From NCBI GenBank assembly GCA_004022145.1, contig RCNU01000007.1: a DNA stretch of 64,000 nucleotides. The stretch is one strand, 5' to 3'. Below are positions 25,337 through 37,864 of this stretch, in pieces (positions within the stretch are counted from its first letter, which is position 1; each line of letters opens with the position of its first letter). This stretch comes from Paecilomyces variotii (taxonomy: Eukaryota). The position numbers and the translations under genes were made by a program. Under the pieces are notes generated by a model, which searched no databases, was not told the origin of the DNA, and was given only the letters and a program-made list of their open reading frames with translations.

Positions 25337-28300
25337 ATGAAGCAGAGGTTCTCGTCGCTAGATGTCAAGGTACGAAAAGCATTGGAAGACTGTCTCTTCG
25401 AAATGTGGGATGGGATGCTCCGGATACTGACAAAGAGGTTTTATTACACCAGGTCATAACCCGCGAGCTTGACTCTGCGCTGACTAGTTTGCGGGTTTCG
25501 AATATCTATGATCTCTCTTCGGTGAGTTAGTCTTTTTTCACCTCGTAATCGTGTTCAACAGTCGTTATGTGGATTCCGGTATGTATGTACATGTGTGCTG
25601 ACATATAGCAATGCGCAGCGCATCTTCCTGTTCAAACTTGCAAAGCCAGACAATCGCAAACAGCTCATTGTCGACTCTGGTTTCCGCTGCCACCTCACAG
25701 AATACTCGCGCTCGACTGCCACTGCCCCTTCTCCGTTCGTTACGCGGCTTCGAAAGACGCTCAAAACCAGACGGGTTACTTCCGTTACGCAAATTGGGAC
25801 GGACCGCATCATCGACATTGTCTTTAGCGATGGCGTATACCACCTCTTTCTCGAGTTCTTCGCGGGCGGAAACATAATCCTGACGGACCGTGATTACACT
25901 ATCCTAACTCTGTTCCGCCAGGTTCCTGCTGGAGGTGATCAGGAGGAAGTGAAGGTCGGATTGAAGTATACTGTGACGAACAAGCAGAATTATGGAGGGG
26001 TTCCGGAACTGTCAAAAGATAGAGTGAAGGAGACACTACAAAAGGCAATTGCATCTGGAGCTGCTCAGGAGGCGGCAAAGAAGTCGAAGAAGAAGTCAGC
26101 AGATCTTCTCAGGAAAGCTCTTTCGTTAGGGTTTCCCGAATATCCTCCCCTGCTATTGGATCATGCATTTGTAGTAAGGGGATTTGACTCTAGTATCCTT
26201 CCAGACCAGGTTCTGCAGGACGACGGGATCCTGGAGAAGTTGATGGGTGTTTTGGAAGAAGCTGAAAGCGTCAGCAAGCAGCTGTCTGCGAGCGACAAGC
26301 ATCCTGGATACATTGTGGCGAAGGAGGATAAACGACCGGTCCCGGATTCGACAGCGGAGAAGAAGACCTCTTACCTCTACGAAGATTTCCATCCGTTCAA
26401 GCCTCAGCAATTTGAAGGGAAGCCCGAAACCACGATTTTGGAATTTGACGGATTTAACAAGACAGTTGACGAGTACTTTTCATCACTAGAGTCTCAGAAG
26501 CTGGAGTCGAGGTTGACAGAGCGTGAAGAGGCGGCTAGACGCAAACTGGAAGCTGTGAGACAGGAACATGAAAAGCGGCTTGGTACTCTGCAGCAGGCTC
26601 AAGAAATACACATCCGCAAGGCCGAGGCCATCGAGGCCAATGTCTTCCGAGTGCAAGAGGCTATGGATGCGGTCAATGGGTTGATTGCCCAAGGTATGGA
26701 CTGGGTGGAGATGGCGAGATTGATCGAGATGGAGCAGAATAGGAATAACCCTGTTGCTAAGATCATTAAGCTTCCTCTGAAACTGTATGAAAATACGGTT
26801 ACTCTCCTCCTCGGCGAAGAGAATTTCCAGCAGGAAGCGGAAGATGACGAAGCATACGGAAGCGAATCCGAATCAGAGAGTGAGAAAGACAGCGAAGATG
26901 AAAGGCAGGGTCCGACCGCTTCTCAGCTGCTGGAAATTGACATCGATCTGGGCTTGTCCCCATGGGCTAACGCCACACAATACTATACGCAGAAGAAAGT
27001 GGCTGCTGTCAAAGAGCAGAAGACAGCCCAATCATCAACAAAGGCACTCAAGAGCCACGAGAAGAAGGTCACAGAAGATCTCAAAAAGAGTCTCAAACAG
27101 GAGAAGCAGGTTCTTAGGCCGGCGCGGAAGCCGTTTTGGTTTGAGAAGTACCTATTCTTTATTTCTTCAGAAGGGTATTTAGTATTAGGGTAAGTTAGCT
27201 TGTCTCGTGGCCCACGGGTCATTATCTAACTGTGAAGTAGCGGCCGCGATACTCATCAGACCGAGATCCTCTACCGACGATACCTCAAGAAAGGTGATAT
27301 CTTTGTGCATGCGGACCTGGAGGGCGCCACGCCTATGATTGTGAAGAACCGACCCGGACAGTCTGATGCTCCTATTCCTCCTGGTACTCTGTCCCAGGCC
27401 GGTAACTACTCAGTAGCCACGTCGGTTGCATGGGACTCTAAAGCCGTCATGTCGGCTTGGTGGGTACATGCCAACCAAGTGTCCAAAACCACTGAAACTG
27501 GTGAATTGCTGGTCACGGGAGGTTTTGTCATAAAAGGCGAAAAGAATTTCCTCGCTCCATCACAGCTAGTCCTTGGCTTTGCTGTCATGTTCCAGGTGAG
27601 CATGGAAAGCGTCCAGAACCACAGGAAATACCGACTGCACGACGCAGAGGAAACACCGGTAACGGAACAAGTGGCGGAATCCGAGACCCAGAAAGGAGAA
27701 ACTCCAAGCATTGAGACTCCTGCTGAGAATCCCGGTGACGATAAGGAGCAAACATCTTCGGATAACGATGCGGGACGTGCGGATCAGCGAGAAGACAGCC
27801 CCGAGTCAGATGAAGATGACCATCTTGACGAGAAGCCAGCCGAGAACCCTTTGCAAAGCGGTGCCTCTGAACCTGTGGAGGAAGGTATAAAACCAGAAAA
27901 CTTCGACGAGGAGGGATCCGACGACGAGGAAGGCTCAGAAAAAGCGGAAGAGCACGAAAAGGACCAAGAAGCTCCAGAAGAAACCGGTCCCACAAAGGAA
28001 GGGAAGCAGGAGTCATCTCGCCCACAAGCCGGTCGCAGACACCTTTCAGCTCGAGAAAAACGATTAGCGAAGAAGGGAAAGCCGCTGGATGTCCCAACGG
28101 CCTCCAGCGACGTAGCAGATGATGCTTCCTCCATAGCAGCTGATCCACCTTCCCCTTCGACCGCACCCTCTGTGGTAGCGAAATCAGCGGCTCTTTCTCG
28201 CGGAAAGAGAGCCAAAGCCAAGAAAGCCGCTGCGAAATACGCCGATCAAGACGAGGAGGACCGAGAACTTGCCCTGCGCCTCCTTGGCTCTACCAGTAAG

Positions 28301-28945
28301 CCCAACAAAGCCGCCATAGCCGCAGCAGAAAGAGAGAAGCGGAACGCCGAGATAGAAGCACAAAGAGAACGCCGTCGAGCCCAGCACAACCGTGCCGCAG
28401 AAGCAGAGCGCCGACGACTAGCCGCTCTAGAAGAGGGCGCAGACGACTACGACGAAGAAACCGCCAAAGCAGAAGCCGCTGACCTCTCCTGGCTTCCAGC
28501 CCTAGTGGGAACACCACTACCAGAGGACGAAGTCCTCGCCGCTATACCAGTCTGCGCACCATGGGCCGCACTCACCAGATACAAGTATCGCGCAAAGCTA
28601 CAACCCGGAACAGTCAAGAAGGGCAAAGCAGTCAAGGAGATCCTCGGGCGTTGGATCGCCGAATCAACTGCTGGTGCGAAGAAGGGCAAGAAGGAAGATA
28701 TCGAAGAAACAGGCGTCGATAGGGCAACTGCGGAGAGGATGCGTGCGCGCGAAGCAGAGCTCATTAAGGCTTGGAGAGAGGCCGAAATCGTGAATACTGT
28801 CCCGGTTGGTAAAGTGCGGATCATAACTGGTGGAGGTAGCGGTGGAGCTGGTGGAGGAGGAGGAGGAGGCGGAAAAGGAGGAGAAGGGAAGGGGAAGAGT
28901 AACCAGAAAGGAGGAAAAGGTGGTAAGGGAGGAAAGAAGAAGTAG
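25337..28945 (+). CDS. rqc2: Ribosome quality-control subunit Rqc2/Tae2/NEMF; exons 25337-25369, 25453-25521, 25619-27189, 27241-28945
   Basis: MKQRFSSLDVK, LRVSNIYDL, QIGTDRII, LEFFAGGNIILTD (NFACT-N); WFEKYLFFISSEGYLVLGGRD and VHADLEGA (NFACT-R); IPVCAPWAALTRYKYRAKLQPGTVKKGKA (NFACT-C). Confidence 0.93.
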
Positions 28946-29599
28946 TTAATAACCCCCGGTCTTGAGAAGATATTTAGAGATATATGTAGGGCGAGATAGA
29001 CATATTGTATGTATGTACATAAAATATAAACATGGATAGTTAATCTCCTGTGATAGATAGAACTGGAGCCATCCAGGACGATCTAATCAGTCTTATGTAT
29101 GTACGTATGTATGTACTAAGTTATCAGTATCTGATCTGAACTACTAGTTAAGTATGTACTCAGGTTGCGCAGTAGATCATTTAGAAAAAAACATCCGGTT
29201 TTCTCACATCATATTGATAAAGCCTTTTGAATATGTACTACAACGCATACAAATATCAGGGACTTCATATATAGAGGGAATAGAAGAATAAGAAGAAGCT
29301 AGTATATTCATTCTACTACTGAAGATTATTAACAGATCACTCAATCATGATGCAATCATACCTATGTAGCGAATAATGCCAAAAGTAAAAAAAAAAAAAA
29401 AAAACGAGAGCTCTAGAGCAATGCGAACAAGAAATGGGCATCCCGAGAAATAGGAAGGAAGAAAGAAGAACCATAAAGACAAAATAAACCGAATGGGAAA
29501 AAAAAAGGGCACAAAGAAAGAAAAGAAATCTAAATGCGTCTCATGACTTTGATATCGCAGCTAAAAAAAGGAACATCCATTCTTCCTTTTTTCTAAACT

Positions 29600-30910
29600 C
29601 TAAGCCTTGACTTCCGCCTCTGCTGCCTTTCTGAGCCGGTTCATGACGGCCGCAGAGAGATCTCCTTCGTCATCTGCAATTCCTTCGACGTAGATGATCT
29701 CGACGCCTATGCTGTCTAGCGTACGAAGAGCGGAGAAGAGACCTCGCGCGATGGCCTCGACGTCTGATCCGAGCGGGTAGTCGTAGACTTCCTTCAAGAT
29801 AGTCTTGGGGGAACTACCGCAGGGGGATTCTATGGGCATCTTGAATAAGTCCAGCGTTGCCTTCGTTTCTGGTTCTTCCCTGGTCTGTTCGGAAGATTCG
29901 TGTCCTGCGTTGAGCCCTAGGTATTTGCCCCAGTTTCTGGTCCGAACGATTCCGATGTTGTGTGCGCAAACTGCGCTGTTCTCCAGATCCTTGCGGATGT
30001 GATTTGCGACAGATGCTGGGTCTGATTCCGGTTCGAAGAGGACAACCTTTGCTCGAGGGGAATAGTGTCTGTATTTCATCCCGGGAGCACGCGGTACTTC
30101 CTTCACATCTAGAGAACTATCACGGTATCCGATGACGACGTTCTCCCAGCCCTGACATTGTCGTAGCTCCTCGAGCCCAATGCCACCCGGTCGAAGGATA
30201 GCTGGAGGATTTGAAAGACCATCGACGACCGTGCTCTCTACTCCTACACCACAAGGACCTCCGTCTAGAATCAAATCTATGCGTCCATGCAGATCGTGAT
30301 ACACGTGTTGCGCGGTTGTTGGAGATGGTTTCGTCGAGGCATTTGCAGAGGGAGCTGCCAGTGGTCGATCGGTGACATGAATAAGGAGACGGGCGAAAGG
30401 TGAGGCTGGCATCCGCACGCCAAATGTGGAAAGATTCGAGGTGACTTCCTTTGCTAGGACTGAGTGCGGCGGATTCGGAAGGATAATCGTCAAGGGCCCA
30501 GGCCAGAACTTAGCTATTACAGACCTATAGATGGGTGGAATCATATCCTGCTCCGAAGCGGCCGTAAGAGAGTATTTCTCGTCTGCGGGGTTCAGAATGC
30601 GTTGTAACATGTCCATCGAGTCCACATGGACAATCAACGGATTATCAGAGGGCCTCTGTTTGGCTTTATATATGCCCTGAACAGCATCACTCCGTGTCGC
30701 ATCTGCTCCAAGACCGTATACTGTCTCCGTTGGGAATGCAACTGGTATGTCTGTTGTACGAAGCGCCTCCGCTGCTTTAGCGACTGCGGCGGCTTCGGGG
30801 GTTCCTCGACTGCGTTCATCCGCCCACCATTGTGCCAGGGTCTTGGTTCCAGGCCCCTCTGCGTTCAGTGCGTGAACAGGGAGTATTTGCGTCGTCCTTT
30901 TGGTGGACAT
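29600..30910 (-). CDS. sua5: Threonylcarbamoyl-AMP synthase Sua5 (t6A tRNA modification); first ATG at 30910, frame open upstream to 31030
   Basis: VAFPTETVYGLGA, KQRPSDNPLIVH, FWPGPLT, AAPSANAS, GVESTVVD, APGMKYRHYSP, and C-terminal AVMNRLRKAA. Confidence 0.95.
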   Translation of the reverse strand: MSTKRTTQILPVHALNAEGPGTKTLAQWWADERSRGTPEAAAVAKAAEALRTTDIPVAFPTETVYGLGADATRSDAVQGIYKAKQRPSDNPLIVHVDSMDMLQRILNPADEKYSLTAASEQDMIPPIYRSVIAKFWPGPLTIILPNPPHSVLAKEVTSNLSTFGVRMPASPFARLLIHVTDRPLAAPSANASTKPSPTTAQHVYHDLHGRIDLILDGGPCGVGVESTVVDGLSNPPAILRPGGIGLEELRQCQGWENVVIGYRDSSLDVKEVPRAPGMKYRHYSPRAKVVLFEPESDPASVANHIRKDLENSAVCAHNIGIVRTRNWGKYLGLNAGHESSEQTREEPETKATLDLFKMPIESPCGSSPKTILKEVYDYPLGSDVEAIARGLFSALRTLDSIGVEIIYVEGIADDEGDLSAAVMNRLRKAAEAEVKA

Positions 30911-32280
30911 GGTCGCGAAGTAGTGCTGGAAACTGCACCGAGGACGTGCTGCTATTGAGCGCGCCCGAGATAAGACTAGAATCACCGTGACAGGTGAGGC
31001 CAGAGGCCCACAGGCAATCTTAATTGGATATTAGTGGATGCTTCTTTTCTTCTCCAAATAGCTTGGCACTTTTTTTTTCGAATCTTACTTTCTGATTCAG
31101 CGATGTCAGGATTTCAACAGTGGGGTTGGAGTGAGGGGGTTCGTAGAGCAATTCTCGTGATAAAGACTTCCGGAATTAGCTGGTCATTAAATACGGTGCA
31201 AGAGCAAGCGGAAGGAACCGTCTCTCTCTGTCTGCTGTATATCAGAAATCGAAAGCGGTGGAAATGAACTGGCGAAAGGGTTCGGTTTGCGTTTTTCTAG
31301 AATTATTATGAGTCGGAATTTCGGCCTGGACGATGACGTCGGAAGCCGAAATTAACCTAGTCTATATCGCATTGCGGCCTTAGGCTGCTGCGCGCCCCCT
31401 CCATAGAAAATAATCAAATGAACCATTGATATTATTCTTGACAGGGGCTAATTATTTAGTAGATTGTTTTTCTAGCTTATGTTGTGATATGTATGCCATG
31501 ATTTATTTTCTCTATGAGGTGAGGATTTCATGACGGGGTGTCATTAACCCAGAGAGGACCCCGATATGCTTAGAACTGGAACTCATGACTATGAAGGATA
31601 TTCCTCCAAATATTGCTCCAACAAATGTAAAATTTCTCTCTGGTGTTCATATGGCACGTGTTTGTTCTTAGATGGTATCAGCAGAGTGCCACCTGGGGAT
31701 ATGGCGTCGTTGTCTATGTCTATTAGCGTATAGTCTGCATTGTCCTACCGTCATGTGCAAGTATAGATATGCTGTCTATATGGATACTCCCGAGGTTACT
31801 GGTAATACAAAAACTTTTTTCAATATCTTTATTCACTTGTCATCTCACTCAAGGCGGATCAAGGGGTAGTACAAGTACTACATCGGTCATATATCTGCGA
31901 TATTCTCCACGATCTTTGTCTTAATGGCTGGGATCTATTGTGCGATGTAATTCTACATATTACCATATGAACTTACATCTTCTATTGCACTTTACAGTGG
32001 CAATCGCAGTGGATAGATGGTCCTTTTAAATATTATGGTTTTCTGCACAAGCGACAAGGTTAGGTTATCAAATAGCTAGGTTTGGAGATGAGATAATCAG
32101 TACAACACTAACTTAGTTAACTATCTAGACTTCTTATCTCAGTTCGTTTTGAACCTTGAACAAATCTAGCATTATCTTTGTGTCACAAAACGCGAGATAT
32201 TTTCCAAGATTTCAATATCCATCATTATCAATCTCACTGGTAACTGCTTTTGCCTGTCTGGACTCGGGAGATAGCTTCCA

Positions 32281-32294
32281 TCGGTCGCCTCCGA
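32281..32294. promoter_or_regulatory. UaY consensus site TCGG-N6-CCGA within a GATA (AreA) site cluster upstream of adenine deaminase
   Basis: tcgg-tcgcct-ccga is an exact match ~335 bp upstream of the ATG at 32629. HGATAR sites occur at 32065, 32091, 32121, 32134, 32172, 32225, 32269, 32378 and 32408. Confidence 0.7.
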
Positions 32295-32628
32295 CGGACT
32301 GGGCCGTTAGAAGCGCTTATAGACTTGGGCAACTCAGTCCGTCGAAATTTCTCTTCCGCTCAGACCCACTGCGGTGGCTATCAAGAGGGCCAGAGCGGAG
32401 GGTCTCTAGATAACCTCATAAGACATGGAATCGCCATATCTGTTACGAGTGTGCTTTGGATAAAGAAGCAAGAAGCAATTTCCTTTGTCGCCGTACCTTC
32501 TTTTGCTGTATACTTAACTTTCTCATTCCTGCATCGCTGTGGCTCTGTACATACTTATTTGTTGCTTTCTCTTTGGTTTCTTTTGACGTTGTCGAGAGTC
32601 CAGACAGCGACGACTTCCACCAGCCGCA

Positions 32629-33693
32629 ATGTGTCGCAGCCCTCTTCATGACTTCCTCGCAGGCTTGCCAAAATGCGAACATCATGTGCACCTGGAAGGC
32701 TGTCTGACCCCCAGCCTCATTTTCGAACTGGCAGATAGGAATTCCATCAAGCTGCCAGACCCCAAAGATAACCCAGCATACTCATCTCCCGAAGCGTTGA
32801 AAGAGCGTTACGGTCACTTTTCGAATCTAGATGATTTTCTTGGCTTCTATTTCACCGGAATGTCCGTTTTGATCAGTGAATCAGATTTTGAAGCACTGGC
32901 CTGGGAGTACTTCAAGCAAGCGAATGCGGACGGCGTGCACCATGCGGAGGTCTTCTTCGATCCTCAGGTCCATGTTAACCGTGGCATTGCGTACGAAACG
33001 GTGGTGGACGGCTTCAGCGCTGCGTGCAAGCGCGCAGAACGGGAGTTTGAAATGACGACAAAGCTCATTCTCTGTTTCGTCAAGCACCTCCCTCTCGATG
33101 ACGCTCATCGGGTGTACAACCGAGCACTGGAAAATGGCCATTTTGAAGCAGGGATTGTGCACGGGATCGGTTGCTCCTCGTCAGAAGTTGGGCCCCCGAA
33201 GGACATGTTTCGCGAGATTTACGCGTCTGCGAAGTCGAAGGGCATCAAGTTGACTGCACACGCTGGTGAAGAAGGAGACCCATCATACATCAGTGCAGCC
33301 CTTGAGATTGGATCACAGCGCATTGACCACGGCAGAAGGCTGATTGAAGACAAGCAGCTGCTAGAATATGTGGCCAAGGAAGGAATTCTGTTGACGCTCT
33401 GTCCAGTGTCTAATGTCCGTCTACGTGGCGTTGAGAAGATAGAGCAAGTTCCCGTCAGGCAATTCCTCGATGCAGGCGTTCGGTTCTCGATAAACAGCGA
33501 TGATCCAGCCTACTTTGGCGGGTTTATCTTGTCGAACTATTGTGCGGTCGAGGACGCCTTTAGGCTATCTATTCAGGAGTGGAGAACCATTGCGGAAAAT
33601 AGCGTTAGAGGCAGCTGGATCCATGAAGAAAGGAAGCTGGAACTTCTGCAGCGGATCGATGACCATGTTCGAAAATATACCGCTCTCGCATGA
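32629..33693 (+). CDS. aah1: Adenine deaminase (adenosine/AMP deaminase family, Aah1/NadA type)
   Basis: LPKCEHHVHLEG, HAEVFFDPQVH, TAHAGEEG, RIDHG, LTLCPVSN, SINSDDPAYFGG. Confidence 0.9.
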   Translation: MCRSPLHDFLAGLPKCEHHVHLEGCLTPSLIFELADRNSIKLPDPKDNPAYSSPEALKERYGHFSNLDDFLGFYFTGMSVLISESDFEALAWEYFKQANADGVHHAEVFFDPQVHVNRGIAYETVVDGFSAACKRAEREFEMTTKLILCFVKHLPLDDAHRVYNRALENGHFEAGIVHGIGCSSSEVGPPKDMFREIYASAKSKGIKLTAHAGEEGDPSYISAALEIGSQRIDHGRRLIEDKQLLEYVAKEGILLTLCPVSNVRLRGVEKIEQVPVRQFLDAGVRFSINSDDPAYFGGFILSNYCAVEDAFRLSIQEWRTIAENSVRGSWIHEERKLELLQRIDDHVRKYTALA

Positions 33694-34023
33694 AGTTTCT
33701 TTATCACCTTCCGAACTGTTTCTGTTCTTCCACCTTGTGCAGTTTCAATCCCCGTTGTCTAATTCAACATGATATACGGGGGAAAAAAGTGGACAAACTT
33801 CCAGATACGATATCTCGATGGTCAAGTTAGCGCAAAGATACCACCTATGTATTTAACCACATACTATATATTCCGTGAAAACAACAGACCATAGACGCGT
33901 CTGATGATCAACAAGTGTATGCAAAGACACGCCTAGAAGCCATTCGACATTTCTGAGTAGGCAAATAGGAACATGGCTACTTCTCAAATAACCTCTTGCA
34001 GAGATAGTAATCTCAAAAGATGC

Positions 34024-34977
34024 TCATTTCGTATGAGAGCCAGCGTCGACAGGCAAGGTCGTCGCGGTCACGTATGAAGAAGCATCTGAGCACAACCAAA
34101 GGGACGCCTGAGCAACCTCGTGCGGAGCTGCCCAGCGGCCCAGCATGCTCATCTGGCGTGCGTACTCCGTATGGTCAGTCCCCATGGTGATCATTGCCTT
34201 GGCTGACATTTCTGTCAAAATAGCTCCAGGCGCAACTGTATTCACCCGAATATTGGCATCGCCATTCTCGCTAGCCGCCTGTTTGGTCAAGCCAACAATG
34301 CCATGTTTGGCGATAGTATAGGCCACCATATTGGGATGCGCATGATAGGCCACAACTGAAGAGATATTCACAATGGAGCCCCCAGTTCCTTGTTTGCGCA
34401 TTTGAGCAATTTCGTATTTATTGCATAGCGCTGTTCCCTTCAGGTTGATTGAAATCAGTTTATCAAAATAAGCCTCATCAAAGTCCGTCAGGGGTGCTCC
34501 GTCAGGAGTCAAGGCCGCATTGTTGACAGCACAATCAAGTCTTCCGAATTTGGCAACCGTTTGTTGAATGAGGTTCTGTACATTTTCTGAGTCCGAGATG
34601 TCAACTTTGACTGCATAGGCCTGTCCGCCGGCTTTTTCAATCTCTTTCGCAACGTCTTGAGCACCCTGCTCATTGATGTCTGCTAGTACGACACTGGCGC
34701 CTGACGCAGCGAACAGAAGAGCGGTCGCTTTCCCCATGCCCTCAGCTGCACCAGTCACGATTGCAATTTTGTGCTCGAGAACAGGGAAAACTTTCGCCTT
34801 GGGAGCATTCAGCTCCTTCAGCATAGTATTGTAATCTCCTCTTTCAGTGGGTGCCATTGTTCTGGATAATGTATTCTGTAATCGACTTGAATAGAAGTGT
34901 CGTTTGGTTTGGAACGCAGTAGATAGAACGGAATTTGAGAGAAAGGTTATATTTGAACTGGTAAATCCATTCTGCAT
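34024..34977 (-). CDS. Classical short-chain dehydrogenase/reductase; the real start may be the downstream MAPTER ATG (~34857)
   Basis: TGAAEGMG glycine motif, NNAA, NISS, catalytic YTIAK, IRVNTVAPG; intronless. Confidence 0.9.
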   Translation of the reverse strand: MQNGFTSSNITFLSNSVLSTAFQTKRHFYSSRLQNTLSRTMAPTERGDYNTMLKELNAPKAKVFPVLEHKIAIVTGAAEGMGKATALLFAASGASVVLADINEQGAQDVAKEIEKAGGQAYAVKVDISDSENVQNLIQQTVAKFGRLDCAVNNAALTPDGAPLTDFDEAYFDKLISINLKGTALCNKYEIAQMRKQGTGGSIVNISSVVAYHAHPNMVAYTIAKHGIVGLTKQAASENGDANIRVNTVAPGAILTEMSAKAMITMGTDHTEYARQMSMLGRWAAPHEVAQASLWLCSDASSYVTATTLPVDAGSHTK

Positions 34978-35604
34978 AATGGTACTATTATATCTGATTT
35001 TCGCATACCCGCAAACGCCATTGATAATTTTGCGGCACGACGTGGCACTTACTTACTTCTGCAGGTTAAACTGTTCAGAGAAGCGATTGTCGCCCAGAGT
35101 AGCAGTAGAAACATGAAGATACGGAGTATGATAACGCCGTTGACAATTCCACCCATGGAGGGGGGCATGGACTCATGTTTTCAGCACGACCTCCAACTCA
35201 TTTATTCAAGCGGCATGGGTTACACAATTGAGTGGCAGGACTGGCTACTTTTGGCACTTCTATCGCTGTGCGCCAGGACTCCAATGCAATATGAATCAGC
35301 TACGTCGCAATGCCTGTTATATGGTAGCGTTCGCTAGTACATGATTCGCGATCCAAACCAACATGCAGGGTTCAGTCAACCGGCGCAATGAGCTGGCAAG
35401 CAGGGATGCAAAATCCAATCATTGAAATAGCCATAAGAGAAGCAAGAGTTGAGGAACTGCGGATGTCGCCCTAGGCTGCTTGATATCTCTTTGCCCCCCC
35501 TCGTAGAGTCCAACTTGGAACCTTTGAACTGTTCCAGGCTGTATTCTTCCATCGTTTCCTTTTATTTGCAGTTCACCATTTTACCGGTAATGACATAAAC
35601 GACC

Positions 35605-37308
35605 ATGGAGCAGCCAAAAACGAACCCACATACAAGTTGGGTTAATATTCTGGTAAGTTTTATCTTTGGCGTCACTTGGAATCACAATACTGACATTTCT
35701 AGACTGTCATCGCCGCCGGCCTGGGTAGTTTCAATTTCGGATATGCTAATAACGTGATTTCTGGATCCTTCGGTGAACCAACATTCATAGAGAAGTTCCT
35801 TTCTGGGCCTGATGCTTCTGCTAGAACCGATGGAATCATTGGAGGGTCGGTATTTCCAGAACTTAGGCTGCATTAGGATTGCTAATGCTGCTCGCCCTTC
35901 CAGTTTCCTCGGTGGTGCCATCATTGGTTCTATCCTGCAATCGCTCATTTCCAGCGCTTGGGGTCGTCGCGCAGCAACAGGTGTAGCGGCCATCCTTTTC
36001 ATCCTGGGAAATGCTCTGGATGCTGGCGCCGTTCACATTGCCATGTTCATTGTAGGGAGAGTAATTGCTGGTGTCGCTGGGGGGATGACAATCAGTAATT
36101 GCCCTGTTTATATGAGCGAAATATCCCCGCCACATACGCGTGGTCTTCTGGTAGGGCTGCAAGGTGTGTGCATCGTGTGGGCATATATTATCGGTTCCGC
36201 TCTAGCCCTTGGCTTCAGCTTTGTGACCTATGAGTATCAATGGCGGCTTAACTATATCGTCCACATATTCTTTGCCGTTCTGCTGCTCGTCTCCATATTC
36301 TTTCTCCCCGAGTCACCTAGGTGGCTCGCAGAGAAAGGAAGATTTGACGAAGCTTCCGCAATTCTCCAGCGTCTTCACAGAACGGAGTCTGACCCTACCG
36401 GCAAGGTTGCCAATGCAGAGATGGTCCAGATTAAGGCGCAGGTTGAATTGGAGCAGCACCTACCCCGTGGTTATCTTTACATCCTCAGGACCCCTTCCCT
36501 GCGCAAACGGTTTATCTGCACCGCTCTGGTTTGGACAATGGGACAGAGTACTGGAATGAACGCTATAGCTACTTTAACACCAACTTTGTTTGCCTCTCTG
36601 GGATTCGATACCACCCTGCAACTTGGTCTCTCCGTCGTATGGACTGTATGCTTGCAGATCGGCTGTATTATCAACGTTTCCTTATTGGATAGAGTTGGTC
36701 GAAAACGTCTCCTTGGTACGTATCGCTTGCTTTACCTGAATAAAGTCGATCGCTGACCAAGAGTGACGACAGTGATTGGAGGGTTTGGGTCAGTTATTAT
36801 TCTCTCCATCGAAGCTGCCCTTGAAAAATACTATCTAGCCACCAACTATAAACCGGGAATCAATGCGTGTGTGGCTATGTACTTTCTCGTCGCTGTTTGG
36901 TTCACCGCTACAATCGAATGCACCGGCTACGTATATGGCTCAGAAATATGGCCTACACATCTGCGCAGCTACGGGGCGAGTATAACATACGTCGCCTTCT
37001 TCATCAATGCCTTAGCATACAGTACGCCGGCTAGCACCGCTTTTGCTAATATTGGATGGGAATATTACATGGTCTTCGTGGCGGTTACCGTCCCTTGCAT
37101 TATTGCAATTATAATCCTATTTCCAGAGGTATGATTTATATATCACAGTAGCACCGCATAATTCCCTACTAACAGCCATCAACCACAGACCAAGGGACTT
37201 ACACTCGAAGAGATTGCGGGAAAGTTTAACGATACTGTTCCAATCACGTTCGAGGACGCCATTACTGCAGATGTCGCTGAGGTTCCAAAACATGACTATA
37301 TTCAATAA
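35605..37308 (+). CDS. MFS sugar-porter family transporter; exons 35605-35652, 35703-35845, 35904-36715, 36773-37128, 37189-37308
   Basis: LGSFNFGYA, WGRR, GRVIAG, VYMSEISPPHTRG, PESPRWL, DRVGRK, SEIWPTHLR, PE|TKGLTLEEI. Four canonical introns keep the frame. Confidence 0.9.
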
Positions 37309-37864
37309 TTTATCGAACAGCATGGGCGAGTCGTCTTGCATTGAATAGCACATGACAATGCTCTAAAATCGTGACTACATATGGCAATGCTCCGTAAGAT
37401 CAGAGAGATACTGACTACCTATTAATTTCGGGCAACGCAATGTTGCTAGAGTCTATATATAACCTGACTTAGTATTTGATGTAATTACTATGAAATCTAG
37501 AACATGCTAATTTGTTCTCCTTTTATTGGTCCATTGGACTATGTTTTAATTGAGCATTATCTGCTGGTCCCTGCATGTTAACATCAACTCAATTCCATGG
37601 TCTTTTTCGGAAATCTCATATATAGTAGTGCAGAAACCACTACATTCAAGAGCGTATCATTATTTATTGAAGTCGAGATTGATGGTGTCCGCCTAATCTT
37701 CATTTCCTGAGGGCTGTACTAGAATTTTGTAGAGATGTATCTATGTTTTTTTCTGCACAAATGATGCGCATAAATGTGATGACTAATCAAAAACATCAAT
37801 GCCGACATAAATAACTAACAAGCTAACAAGTTTCACGACCCAACCGACCAAGCATCTAAATACC

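Noticed and set aside
28830-29410. GGA repeats, (TATG)n and a poly-A run
   Set aside because: Gly/Lys low-complexity tail of Rqc2 plus ordinary 3'-UTR microsatellites; no evidence of a retroelement.
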